Source: Lama guanicoe
Taxonomy: Eukaryota
Length of the DNA stretch: 64,000 nt
Assembly (NCBI GenBank): GCA_013239625.1
Contig: MU054117.1
Coordinates: forward strand, 4,578,677-4,642,676
Direction of reading: 5' to 3'
Shown here: one piece after another, positions 11,254-22,380 of the stretch
Position numbering within the stretch: position 1 is the stretch's first letter
How the letters are laid out: every line of letters starts with the position of its first letter
Program-made: the position numbers and the translations under genes
The notes under the pieces: model-generated
Database searches by the model: none
What the model saw: the letters and a program-made list of their open reading frames with translations, nothing else
What the model was told of the DNA's origin: nothing

Positions 11254-14200
11254 CTGCGGGCGGGCGGGCGGCTCGGTGAGACGGGAGCAGCGGCCCTCCC
11301 GGCCCCGCCCCCGCGCCTCGGGCGCCCCTCCCCCCCGCATCCCCGGCCCGGGCTCCCCGCCGGGATGAATGAGGAACTCACAGTCTGCGAGCTGAGCCGG
11401 GGCGCTGTGGGCGCTGTGGGCGCCGGCCTCCCACTGCTGAACAGGAGTGGGGACGGGAGTGGAGGCTGGAGGCGCAGGGAGGGAGAGAATGGCGCCAGCC
11501 CCCAGATGGGGCGGGGCCACCTCTCTGAGGGGTGATGCAACTCTGAAGTTGGACCAGTCACAGTGGGTGAAGGTGGGACTAGAGGCGGAACTGAAGTCTG
11601 GGACGGGACTGGAGCCCGTGGGGGGACTGAAGCTTGGGCTCAGGGCCAGGGGCTCCGGCTCCCCCTGAAGGAGAGAGAGCAGAGTTTTAGTGAGTGGGGA
11701 AGAGGAAAAACTGCCCTAGCCCTCGTTATTCTGGATTCCGGATGGGAGTTGGGGCTTGAGGGAGTTAGGGGAGCCCCCCGGGGCGAAAGGTGATCCGGGT
11801 GATTTGGGTGTTAAAATATGACGGTGGACAGTCAGGGAAGACCGAGGTTAGCTCCCTCGGTTTCATCTTACCTCCTCTACAGGTGTCGATTTCCCACAAA
11901 CTGAGAAAAAAATAAACAGAGCGTCAGAAATTTCACTTCCTCTCAGCCGTGGCGCCCGTACTGGGGCTGGCGGTGGGCACTTGTGGTGACACGCTTCAGG
12001 GCCGATGTGGCCCCTGGGACGCGAGAACTGCTGATGCAGGACTACATCTCACCAGCCATCCAGGGCCACCTTGCGCCAGCGGGGTCCTTGGCAGCGAACT
12101 AAAGGAACCTCATTTCCCTCCACGCCTGTGCATCCCACCCACCCAGCCGCCTCCCACATCCCCATCAGCACCCTTTCCTGTCCGGAAGGCCCCACTCACT
12201 AATGGAGTAGAGCTTGGGCTTCCACCGTCGGTAGCGGCACACTAAGCCAATGAAGAGGAAGGATGCCAGGCAAAGACCGAAGACGATCACCAGGGACAAC
12301 AGCACGATGGTGCCTGGAGACAAGCTGACTGAGGTCAGAGGGCAAGGGCAGCGGGAGGCAACAGGGCTGGATGGACGGGGGCAGGGGCAAGACTGGGAGA
12401 GGGCCAGTGCGCATGCGCACTAGGATATTCCTCCTCACCTGGGTCCTGAGATTTCCGAGTTTCAGATACGATTGGACATAACTTCTCACACTCTAGGCTC
12501 TTACACCTAAAAGAGAGTAGGGGCCCACCGTAGGAGGAATTCAGGGGGAAAAAGAAAACAACGCGTAGATAGTTGGAAATTCTTCGCTTTACAGATATTT
12601 TAGCTATCTCTTGATATCTTGGAAATTACACCCATCTTGGCAATTGACGCAGAGGAAAGAAACATTACTTAATCCCAGAATCACTTAATTTTAGAGCTGG
12701 AGTTGATCTTGAAGAGACTGTGTAGAAAAAGTTCAAAGCAGTCAGAGTCAGGTATAAATTCCAGCCCATTCATTGGCTAGCAGTGTGACTCCAGACAAGT
12801 CACTTCACCTGTAAGCCTCAGTTTCCTCATCAGGAAACTAGGCACCCTACCCCCTGTCAGGTTGAGGAGAAAGTGAGAAATTACGCGTGACATATAGTAA
12901 GCACTTGATAAATCGAGACTGTCATTGAATCGTTATTTCATCACTGTTTTCCTGGTGAGAATCTGTGGCCAAGAGAGTTCAAAGAGCTTTTTCTCTAGAC
13001 GACACTGCTAGTGACAACACTTCACTTTGAGAGAGGGGTTTAGCACACAGGTGAACAATTTAAAAATATATATTGCTGGGGGTGGCCAGAGAACACTCTA
13101 GAATGAGTACATTTTCCCGTGTTGGGAGCTGGCACTGGGCAGCATGGACTGATGAGAACTACATCAGAGGTCCAAGAAGGAACTTGAGAAGGTGGGTTCT
13201 CAGCAGGAATCTGAAAGCAGGGAGAGGTCATCTTACCCACATAACAAGTGCATGGCGGGAACCACAGGGAATGGATGTAAAGCTCTTTCAAGGAGAAGAG
13301 AGGAAACTTGATGGAAACAAGAAAATAGTTTCTTGTCAGACACTCTCTAGCTATATTTTTTGTGGTTCTTACAACTTTGCCAACCAGCTGTCATTATCCT
13401 TACTTTAAAGGTTCAGAGATGTTAAGTCACTTGCCCAAGGTGGCACAGCCAGTAAGCGGCTAGGCTGATATTTAAACCAAAGGCAGTTCAATGTTAGAGC
13501 CCTCAGTTTCCTCTTTGCAAGCGAGTGTGCAAGAACAGCCTCTTGCTGTCCAGAAGGAGTCAGGAGTGAGGAGGCCTGGTCAAAGGAGTTGGGGATAAAA
13601 GACCATACTGCATCAAACCCAAGATGCCATCAATTAGGGGCACCATTATTTACATCCTACACAGAGAGAGCTGTCAATTAAGCCATGATACACCATCAAT
13701 TGTTGTAAGATGCAGGCTGATTTCAGTGATGTAAAAATATGTTCCTAGAATCAACAGTAGAGCCCGTCACCCAAGAATCTGAATGTCTTCGGAAAACAAC
13801 CTGAATGTCTAAAAAGAACTGTGAGTCCCTGGTGGGTATGAGCCTCTATCCACAAAGACTTCTTAAGATTTTTGGAATAAGTTGGCAGCAGGGAGGACTG
13901 TCTGGTTATCTTGACATGAAATGTCTCCCACCCAAACAGCCAGTAGGAGCCAGAACACCCTGGGCTCCTGTCTGGCTGGTGGGTCCTCCCACAGCCTCCC
14001 CATCCCACACCTTGCACTCCCGATCCAGTGCCCCAGAAGTACTCACTTAGCACAGGAGACACACTTGTTATCTCTTAGAAAGAACCCCAAGTGGCAGTTG
14101 CAGACAGTGTCCTGTCTCTCCTGGCCTGTGGGGAGAGATGCAGCAGGACTGAAAGAGGGTGCCTACCCTCTCCACGCCCTGAGGACTGGAGGGACAGCTC

Positions 14201-17200
14201 TCAGAGGGGCAGGGGTAAAGCAAGAGGAGACCTTCCTCCAGAGACGGGGCGAGGAGAGGGGTTGGGAGAGCCATACTCACAGAAGAGATGCACCGTGCCG
14301 TTGGGGCAGTGGCTGCAGTCCAGGCACCGGAAATGCGTCTCACTCCAATATTGCCGGTACTGGTTCTTCCTGCAGCCGCACACAGTGTCCCGGTCCACTG
14401 CACAAGGAATAATCTCCACCTGGGCCATCTCTGGTGAGGGGAGGAGAGGGCTATGAGTCCTCACCATCCACCGGGTATATGTCTCTCTGTGTAACACATG
14501 CTCACACACCCGTGCACTCACTCACAGGTGCACACACGTCCTTGCCCACCCCCAGCGCACAGATTCATACACCCTCGCCAGAGACAGACGTGCACACCCC
14601 TCTGAACACCCACCTGACATGGTCTGTTTAGAGCGCTGCCCCCTCCCGGGACTCACCCTTCCGGCACTTGGAGCAGCTCAGACATTGTCTGAGATGGTTC
14701 TCTAAAGCAGTGTAGGTGCCGTTGGGACACTCCCTGCAGTCCGTGTCCCGCCCCACGTCCGGACAGTCGTTGTACAGGTAGGTGCCTGTGATTGGGGTGT
14801 CAGGGTCAGGCTGCAGCCAAGAGCTCGGGGAAAGGGCCCCAGGCCAGGGAGGACCGCCAGGGCACTTCTTGAAGTCTCTAGGAGAGGAAAGGAGGGAGAA
14901 ACTCCCAGCCCAGGAGAGGGAGCAAAGTCAGGGACCCCAGGTTCCAGAACACCTAGAAGCAGCAAGGCCCTGTAACGCAAGAGTCCCAGGGTTACCCCTC
15001 CCTCCTACCTTTGTGGCACTTTGTGCAGCAAATGGAACTATTTTGAGGGTGGCTGTATTTTCCCTGGGGACACAAACTCTCTCTCTTCTCCCGGTCCGCG
15101 GGGTGAGGGACCAGTCCATGAACCCCTGCGGGGTACACATCCACCAGCAGAGCCCAGAGCACCTGGGGAAGAGTCGGATGGAGGAGGCCCCATCAGGAGT
15201 CGGATGGAGGAGGCCCCATCAGGGGTGGGGGGCTTCGAGGTAGCAAGTCTAAGACCCTTCCAGCTCAAGCCCTTTCCCAGTGGAACATTCTCCCTAGGCC
15301 ACTCCTGCTCACACTCCACGTTTTCCTCCAAGCTTAGCTGTTGGCGCCATGCCATCTTAATAGTTCTCTACTTGTCCTGTGTGTTCATTTTTGTCCCTCC
15401 AGCTCAAGGCTGGTAGAACCCAGGCCGGGCTGTATATTATCCTTAAGATGTTCAAGCACTTCTTTGGGCTGGGAACAGGCGGGTTACTTCAGTTACCTCT
15501 GGCCCTTCCTTCCAACAAGCTCCCTTCCAAACACCACCCTTCCAACAGATTGGGGTGGTGTTTCTCCATCTAGGTGCCGCATTCACAGCGTGTTCACTCT
15601 GAACGTTCACCAAGGTGAACAGTTAGGATCCGGGCACTTGCCTGTATTATGTTATGCTGGGAAAAGCATGTTTGTAAACTCAGATTGGAGTGGAGGTGAG
15701 TGATGTTCCTGTGGACACCATTCCTGGGCAGTGGGCAGAGGCAAGAGGAAGAGTTTTGTTTGTTTGTTTGTTTTTAAATTTTTTTTTAATGGAAGGACTG
15801 GGGATTGAACCCAGGACCTCATTTATGTTAAGCATGTGCTCTACCACTGAGCTATATCGACCCCCAACAAGAGTTTCTTCATAAATTTGTACCAAAACCT
15901 CACACAGAATCCTGCCCTCAGACTCCTTGCTGCATCTCCTCCCACCACTAAATCTGTACAAGTACCCCAGATTGGGAGGGGAGTGGAAAAAAAGGTTCAG
16001 GGTCAGGGATGAGGTAGGCAGGTGATGAAGAGTGGGCAAAGGCATGTAGGTTATACGCAACTAATGCTGGCCAGATAGGGATCGGCTCAAACAACCATCA
16101 AGCTGGGAGCTGAGGGTGTGCCAGGGAGTCCCTCTGCACACAGGGGCATCCTGGGAGGCCAGTTTTCCAGCTTCAGGCCAAGCCCACAGCCGGCCTCAGA
16201 ATCACTGTCCCAGCCCTGGCTTCAGAGCTGGGACCGCACAGCCAGGAGGCAGGGCTGCACTCCAACCTAGACTTTGCTTTTTCATCTCCTACCACCTTTC
16301 CCTGGTTTTCCCTGACCTTGACTTTTTTTTCTCTGCTGTAAAATTCGCTTTACCTAACCATAAGAGGATGTCCTCCAAGGATGTTAAACCTTAGGAACAA
16401 CAGACTAATCAGATCACAGACTCCCCAGCCCAGGACCGGGACCAGGACCAGGACCGGGATCAGGACTGGGACAGGGACAAGAATCGGAGGGCTTGGCAGC
16501 CTGAAGCAGGTAGGCTGGTAGGCAGGTCCCACCCTAGTTACCCGCTGAGTGTCGCTGCAGCTGCCCAGAAGCCCCAGCCTCAGCCACAAGGCCCAGAAAC
16601 CCTCCTGCAGGGTTGGCCACTCCAGCACTGTGCCAGCTCCCCTTCCAGGGCAACAGGAAGAGCTTGGGGTGTTTATGGGAAGAACTTCCCAATCTTGAAA
16701 GTGTGGTTCCTTTCCCCGAAGAAGAGAGCTCGCAGCACCTAAGGTCACTGGCACTTGGAATTCCATCCAGGCGCCTGGGAGCAAAGCCAAGGGGCAGAGA
16801 CAGAGTCAGGAAAAAGAACTGGGGGGCTCTGGTTCCGGGACAGCCTGCGGGAAGACTTCCAGGGACGACTGGCCTGTAAAGAAAAAGTTTCCCAGGAGGA
16901 AGGGAGGGGGGCTTTCTCAGGCCACATGCCCCCCACCACCACTCTCCAGCACTTGGGGGGTTAAGTCAGATCCGGGAAAGGGAAATCTTTTCCCAGAAGC
17001 TCCGCCCAGTGACTCAGGCCAGAGGGCGGGAGGAGACCTAGGGAGGGAGAGGGAACCAGCAGCTTCCCCAGCTCCTCAAGGGTCATGAGTCAGCAGAAAG
17101 CCTGAAGGGACCAGCCCGCAGCGGGATCCCGTCTAATCCTTTCCTCCTGGGGGCAAGCCTCTCCCTCCAGTCCCCACGCAGCGCCCCCTTTCCTCCCCGC

Positions 17201-20200
17201 CTCCTCCTCCAAAGAGTCAGGGAGGGACCTCAGTCCCTCTTGGCCCACTTTTTCGGGAAATGGCTCCCTATCCCATCCCATCTCAAAAGGAAGTCTCTGT
17301 CGACCCCTGGCTTCCTCCCATCAGGCCACTCCTCACCCCTCCCTGAGGGCCACTCAGCTCCTTCCCACCTCAGTATGCTTCCTTTAGACTCGACCCCTCT
17401 GGGCTCCTCCTCCTGGCTCAACCAGTCCCCCTACAGATAAACCCTTTCCCTGGGTTCCCTGTGAGCCCCCTGACACTCCCCAGTTCCAGCAAGGAGCAAA
17501 CCAAGGCTGCCCTCCCGCCAGGGTTCACTGCCTTCCCATAGCCTGGCTGGTTCTGGCCAGTTAGGTTGGACTTGGGGGGCCGTCTTGGGGTCCCCAGACA
17601 ATCCCTAGGAAATAAGGCCAGTTCTGACTCTCCACAGCCCTTCCCACAAGCCCACTGGCAGCACAGGAAAAACTCTAGAGTCCTGAACACCCAGTTCTAG
17701 GAGGGAGGGCGTAAGCAAGAAGGGTCGGAAGATAACCAGCCCTATTTCCCGGGTCTCTCTCAGCCCCCAGCAGTGCCCTAGCCAGCCCATTCTGATCCCA
17801 AGAGCCAGACCCCCGCAGTGGGCACACTTCCTCAGTGCCAGCTGGCTCCAGGGAGCATATGCTTAGCAGCTACGTGTTGCAGCAAAACAGCATAAGTAGG
17901 AGGTGAGTTCTGAGGGCCCAGACCCCAGCCCCCAGCCCCCAGCCAGCCTGAGTGCCATCGCCTGGAGCTGGGGAAGGGCAGGAAGCTGGAGGTACCTGTG
18001 GAGAGACAGTTGAGGGGGTGGCCCAGCGCCCCTCCAACTCCCCCACAACTTCCGCCTGGGAGGCTTTTAAGTGTGACTTCCGGTGCTGGGGCTGCAGAGT
18101 GGGGGCGGGGGAGCTGAGCAAGCGACCCTGTGGTCTGACTCCGAACCAGCTGCCTGGGGACCGCTTCACTGTCCCATCCCACATTAATTTGTTCATTACG
18201 TTAAAACGCGTGTGGTCAAAAGCTTTGAGGAGCTCATGACCTGCATTTCTCCAAGGCCCAGCTGAGACGCATCTCCCTCCCCTGCAGCCTTCCTTTCAGG
18301 CTCACCCCACCCCACCCCAAACCCTGTGAACTTTAAAAACATGAATTAACCGTATCTATTTTGGGCTTTCACCATGATATAACTACCTTGGGTAAGTAGG
18401 TATGATGTTCCCAGACAGACCATAAACCATGTTACAAGAGATCAGAAAGAGTGTGTTGGTCAGAGATAATCTCATGCTTGGCACCCAGAGCTCGGGGAGC
18501 AAAATAAACATGGATTGATTGGCTGGTTGATTTCATGACTCTCTGTCTTCCACTCCAGTTAAAGCCAGTGACGATCAAAGTGGGAAGAGGGGAGTCAGTG
18601 CTCCCCTGCTCTGTAGGCATATGTTTATCTCCAGGAGAGAGCCGCATCGCTCTCCTTCCCACACACAGGCATGCATGCACACACCCTCACTGGAGATGCT
18701 GACGAGACTCCTCTCCTGAGAATGCCGGCTGAGTGAAGGCAGCACGTACAGAGGACACAGAGGTGGATAAGAGTCTGAGAACCTCGCTCTAGCCTGTTAG
18801 ATACGCTCTTTACTTGGCTAGTCCCTGGACCCTTAACACACTCCAAACGAAATCCATCAACCTCCTGGCCTGGACAAATCTCACACCACCTACTTCACAG
18901 CATCAATGCGGAGACCTTTGCCACCCTTCTCTCCTCAAGGCCCCATCCCTCCCCTGCTGCAGCCGGGTCTGTGGTTCATCTTCCCAGGCCTTCTGCGGCC
19001 ATCTCTCAGGGCTCTCCAAGCCCGTGGGTTGCCTCAGCCCAGATCACTGCAACTGTCTTCCAGCCTCTTTCCAGCCCCAGTCCATCCCACACAGTTTCTT
19101 ATCTGCATGCAGGCTTCAACTTGCAACCACAGTTGTGGGAGTTTTCCTCAAACATCATTTCTGTGGGTCCCTCCTTCCCTGAATGAGGACTTGCAGAACT
19201 ACCTCACTGCTGTTCTGAACACATTCCCAGCTGCAGCTGCCCTGAGAGAACCGTTTATGAATGAATGAATGAATGAATGAATGGATTCCTCTACCGGGGA
19301 CCACAGTAAAGAAGCTTCTCTCCTCCCATCCCCCCACTTCCTCCAATTTTCTCCTTCTCATTTCTCTTGTTCCTCAGCAGGGTCCTTCCCCTCCAGCCAA
19401 GGTGCTCAGCTTCCTGCCACCACCAGCTCCCAACACAAAATCCCATCTCTCCAGTCCTCTGCTCTCCCTTAAACCAGTTCCCCTTCTCTCTAGTTTCCTG
19501 CTAGTCCAGGACTTCTAATCTCGGCTCCAAAACCGCTTCTCTCTGAAGGTGTTCCCTCCCTCATTCCATCCTTTATTCAATCAACAAACAGTTAAGGAGC
19601 ACCAGCAAGGCACAGGTCCCATAGGGCTGCCAGGGATGCTGAGATAAATGCACAAAATGAACACACTGCTTGTGCTTGGCTTGTGCTTTGCTTGTGCTCT
19701 TGGTTGAGTCAGAGGCAGGCGACTGTGGGCTCTGCATCTCTGTAAGGAGAGCTCCAAGAGCCGAGCACTGGGGTTGAGATCTGCCAAGCAGAAATGGCAA
19801 CAGGACGGCGCTCACGCCCCTCTTGGTCCTGCCTCCCATCAGTGTTCCAGGCATCACCCCACAACGCTTTTGTGGACATTTCCCCCCAGATACTTGAAAA
19901 TCATTTTTTGCTGTAAGCTGTCTAGGCTCCAAGAAGCTCTTTGAGAGCAGCAAGATCTTGTGTGCCCTGTCCTAGTCTCTCCTGTATTCTCCCCTCTCCC
20001 CACACCTCCACCCCACACACTGACACAAGTGTGTGCACACACACACACACACACAGCGTCCCCTGCATTTCCTGTTGAGTGGCGGGCAGCTGGAGATCTC
20101 ACAGACAGCCTTACCCAGCACTTCAGACCTCCTGTTTCCCCTCCAGCTCCGGGCTGATCTTGGTCTCTTAGCATCACACCAGTCCGCAGCCCCAGGCTTA

Positions 20201-21897
20201 TTCCTTTCTCTCTTCAGGCTCCCTGTTCCCTCTGTTTTCCAAACACAGTAGCCACTGAATAATCACCACCACCACCACCACTATTACTAACAGTATAAAA
20301 ACTGACGTTTTTTGAGTGCTTTCTGTTTGCTATATACCCTGTTCCTCTTCTAGAATGTAGATTCCATGAAGGCAGAGATTTTGTTCACTGCTGTAATCCC
20401 AGCACCTGAAAGAGTGTCTAGCACAGAGCAGGCACACAGAAGCTGAGTACTTAATATGTATCAATCTATTTCATCTCCAGAACTACATTATGGGGTCGTG
20501 ATATTGTGTCCATCTTAAAGATAAAGAAACAAGGCGTGGAGGGGTTACATAAGCTGCTGAAGTCTAGGCAGCTGGTACCTGAGGGAGCCAGGAATCCGGC
20601 AGGCGAACTACTCCCCAGAGGAAAGAGAGGTAGGAAGGCAGGGCACCTGGAGCGGGGCGGGGGACTGGCAGAGGGCAGCCTAGAGACAAGGGAAGGATGG
20701 GCCAAGGGAGAGCAGAAGAGGGGCCTTGAGGAAGAGAGCTGCTGCATGGGCAGTCAGGGTCGAGAAATGTGGACCCGGGCAAAGAGGGAGAGCGAGGAAC
20801 TGGAGAGAAAAGGTTCACAAAGGAGATTCTGAGAAGTTGAAGGAGGCTTCTGGGAGACTTGGCAGAAAAGGAAGGAGTGATTAGGGGAGATGGTAGAAGA
20901 CCCTGGGGAGAGGAGGTGGGGGGAGGCAAGTGGGGGGGTGTTTGGGCCTGGGAAGGGCCAGACCCCTGAAGAAAGTGGCCAGCGCAGTCCCCCCTACCCT
21001 GACTAGGTGGGGGAGGGGGCCGGGGGTCTCTGCCCAGGAAGACTCCAGGACACGGAGGAATCAGGGATACACTGAAACAAGGCTGAGGCAAGAGAAAGGG
21101 ACATTTTCCAGTGACGAAAACAACTGTCTACCAACTTCCCCAAACTGAGCTGTAGGAGAAAGAAAGAAGCAATCTGTTGTTTGGGTCTGTGGGAGGGTGT
21201 TGGGGGGCAGGCACAGGGGTTCTGAGACCGCGGTGGGGGGTCAGTCTAACAGACAGGGGCCACAGACCAAGGGGGAAGAATGCCCCCCAGGTGGGAGGCC
21301 TGGGCCTGGGGAGGCCTTGGAGTTGCCTGCCCCAACCAGTTTCCCACTCCCCTCCCGAATGCCCCCAACACACAGCATCCCGACCGCGCTCTCCCCAGCC
21401 CATTGCCTCTCCCAGACTCAGTTTCCCCACTTCCCCAGTATCCAGCTCCTGGCCTCCAGCAGGGTCTGCTCGGCCAGGCCCACGGCAGCCTCACCTCTCC
21501 ACAGCCCAACACGCTCCCAGGCAGCCAGGGGACCCGCCAGACAGAATTCTGAACCATCAGGACCCAGAGAGGACCAACCTTTCTTCTTCCACTCCTTTCC
21601 TTTCCCCAATGGGTCACCTGCCCCCACATTTCTGGGCAGCCCCAGCCCCAGCTAACTTTTTCTGCTGTCGAGGCCCAGCTCCCTTCCCTTCTTGGCCTTC
21701 CAGACTCCCGTGCCCCGGACTCAGGGCAGCGGATGAATGGGCCATGTTTGAGGTCGGGCCACACAGGCCCTCGGCCCTTGGCCCTCGGCCCTCAGCCCTC
21801 TCTGCCCCAGGCGCCCCTCGCCCACCTGCCCACTCCAGCCCTTGGTCCCCGGACTCACCAGGGGCAGCAGCAGGCCAGGCACGGTGGGGAGGCCCAT
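10961..21897 (-). CDS. TNFRSF1A: Tumour necrosis factor receptor 1 (TNFR1), 445 aa, 10 coding exons
   Basis: complement(join(10961..11253,11382..11664,11872..11900,12200..12313,12439..12506,14047..14125,14281..14430,14657..14785,15009..15162,21859..21897)) = 1338 nt, all GT-AG. Signal peptide [13 protein letters not shown], four cysteine-rich domains, TM segment, YRRW motif, death domain ([14 protein letters not shown]...[11 protein letters not shown]). Confidence 0.97.
11382..11664 (-). CDS. TNFRSF1A: TNFRSF1A exon 9
   Basis: cag|GGG GAG CCG..GAC T|gtgag; Pro/Ser-rich linker, 283 nt. Confidence 0.9.
11872..11900 (-). CDS. TNFRSF1A: TNFRSF1A exon 8
   Basis: 29 nt, cag|TT TGT GGG AAA TCG ACA CCT GTA GAG GAG|gtaag (CGKSTP). 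Confidence 0.92.
12200..12313 (-). CDS. TNFRSF1A: TNFRSF1A exon 7 (transmembrane)
   Basis: 114 nt; [37 protein letters not shown]. Confidence 0.93.
12439..12506 (-). CDS. TNFRSF1A: TNFRSF1A exon 6
   Basis: 68 nt, tag|G TGT AAG..CCA G|gtgag; [22 protein letters not shown]. Confidence 0.9.
12745..12915 (+). mobile_element. MIR remnant
   Basis: MIR core: caagtcacttcacct..gcctcagtttcctcatc..atagtaagcacttgataaat. Confidence 0.6.
13606..13759 (-). mobile_element. MER104-like (TcMar-Tc2) non-autonomous DNA transposon
   Basis: aagatgccatcaatt..caccattatt..ctgtcaattaa..ttgtaagatgca..gatttcag matches the reverse complement of the MER104 consensus as I recall it. Confidence 0.55.
14047..14125 (-). 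CDS. TNFRSF1A: TNFRSF1A exon 5
   Basis: 79 nt; [25 protein letters not shown]. Confidence 0.93.
14281..14430 (-). CDS. TNFRSF1A: TNFRSF1A exon 4
   Basis: 150 nt; [49 protein letters not shown]. Confidence 0.94.
14657..14785 (-). CDS. TNFRSF1A: TNFRSF1A exon 3
   Basis: 129 nt; [42 protein letters not shown]. Confidence 0.94.
15009..15162 (-). CDS. TNFRSF1A: TNFRSF1A exon 2
   Basis: 154 nt; [51 protein letters not shown]. Confidence 0.94.
15171..15222. repeat. Perfect 26-bp tandem duplication next to the TNFRSF1A exon 2 acceptor
   Basis: GAGTCGGATGGAGGAGGCCCCATCAG at 15171-15196 and 15197-15222. Confidence 0.95.
15757..15865 (-). mobile_element. tRNA-derived SINE (Vic-1-like)
   Basis: Reverse strand has A and B boxes and an A-rich tail; TSD aagagttt at 15749-56 and 15869-76. 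Confidence 0.85.
20330..20460 (+). mobile_element. L2 3' end remnant
   Basis: tagaatgtagattccatgaaggcagagattttgttcactgctgtaatcccagcacct..gtgtctagcaca. Confidence 0.65.
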
Positions 21898-22380
21898 GTC
21901 CGGCCAGCTGGGGCCTCTCACTCCCCCATCAGGGCTCAGGCCTGGGCGGCTAGACGACTGTGGCAGTGACACAGTCCCAGGATGAGCCGGGACCTACCGG
22001 ACCCGAGGTCCCAAGTGGATCCCGGGCGTTGGGTAGGGGAGTTGAGGGTTGAGACTGGGGCGGGGATCACAGCCCGGTCCCAGGGCCCTCAAACCCGGAA
22101 GGCCAGGACTGAAGCCTGAGTTCGGAGAACTCGGAGAAAATTAAAGCAGAGAGGAGGAGGAGGTGGGAGGGGAAGGCAAATGGGGTGTTGCAACCTCGGG
22201 ACAGGAAGAGCCGGGGGTGGAGGCCGGAGGAGGCGGGAGGAGGCAGGAGGAGGGGGCCAACGTTCCTTAACCCTTCGCAGCCAGTCCGAGGCACCAGCGG
22301 CCCGGGTCCAGCAGCCAGTCCGATCATTCCCCGCCAAACACCTAGGGGCGCCCGACTGCCCCCCACCACCCGGCCTTTCC
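21700..22380 (-). promoter_or_regulatory. TNFRSF1A promoter, 5'UTR and CpG-rich region
   Basis: CpG-rich, no obvious TATA box; palindromic C/EBP-like GTTGCAAC at 22187-22194; 5'UTR resembles the human one as I recall it. Confidence 0.7.
21859..21897 (-). CDS. TNFRSF1A: TNFRSF1A exon 1 coding part
   Basis: gacATGG start context; [13 protein letters not shown]|gtgagt. Confidence 0.94.

Noticed and set aside
11401..11425. 9-nt duplication giving AHSAHSA in TNFR1 exon 9
   Set aside because: In frame, in a disordered linker, and I recall the same peptide in pig TNFR1, so it is not distinctive.
16430..16480. Degenerate GGACCR hexamer run in TNFRSF1A intron 1
   Set aside because: Short simple repeat with no flanking splice or coding support.
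20665..20677. CTCF-like motif (also at 59614-59626)
   Set aside because: Imperfect matches are frequent in GC-rich DNA and cannot be supported without PWM scoring or ChIP data.
21177..21953. 258-aa ORF antisense to TNFRSF1A exon 1 and intron 1
   Set aside because: Pro/Ser/Gly-rich translation of GC-rich promoter-proximal DNA with a non-ATG start.
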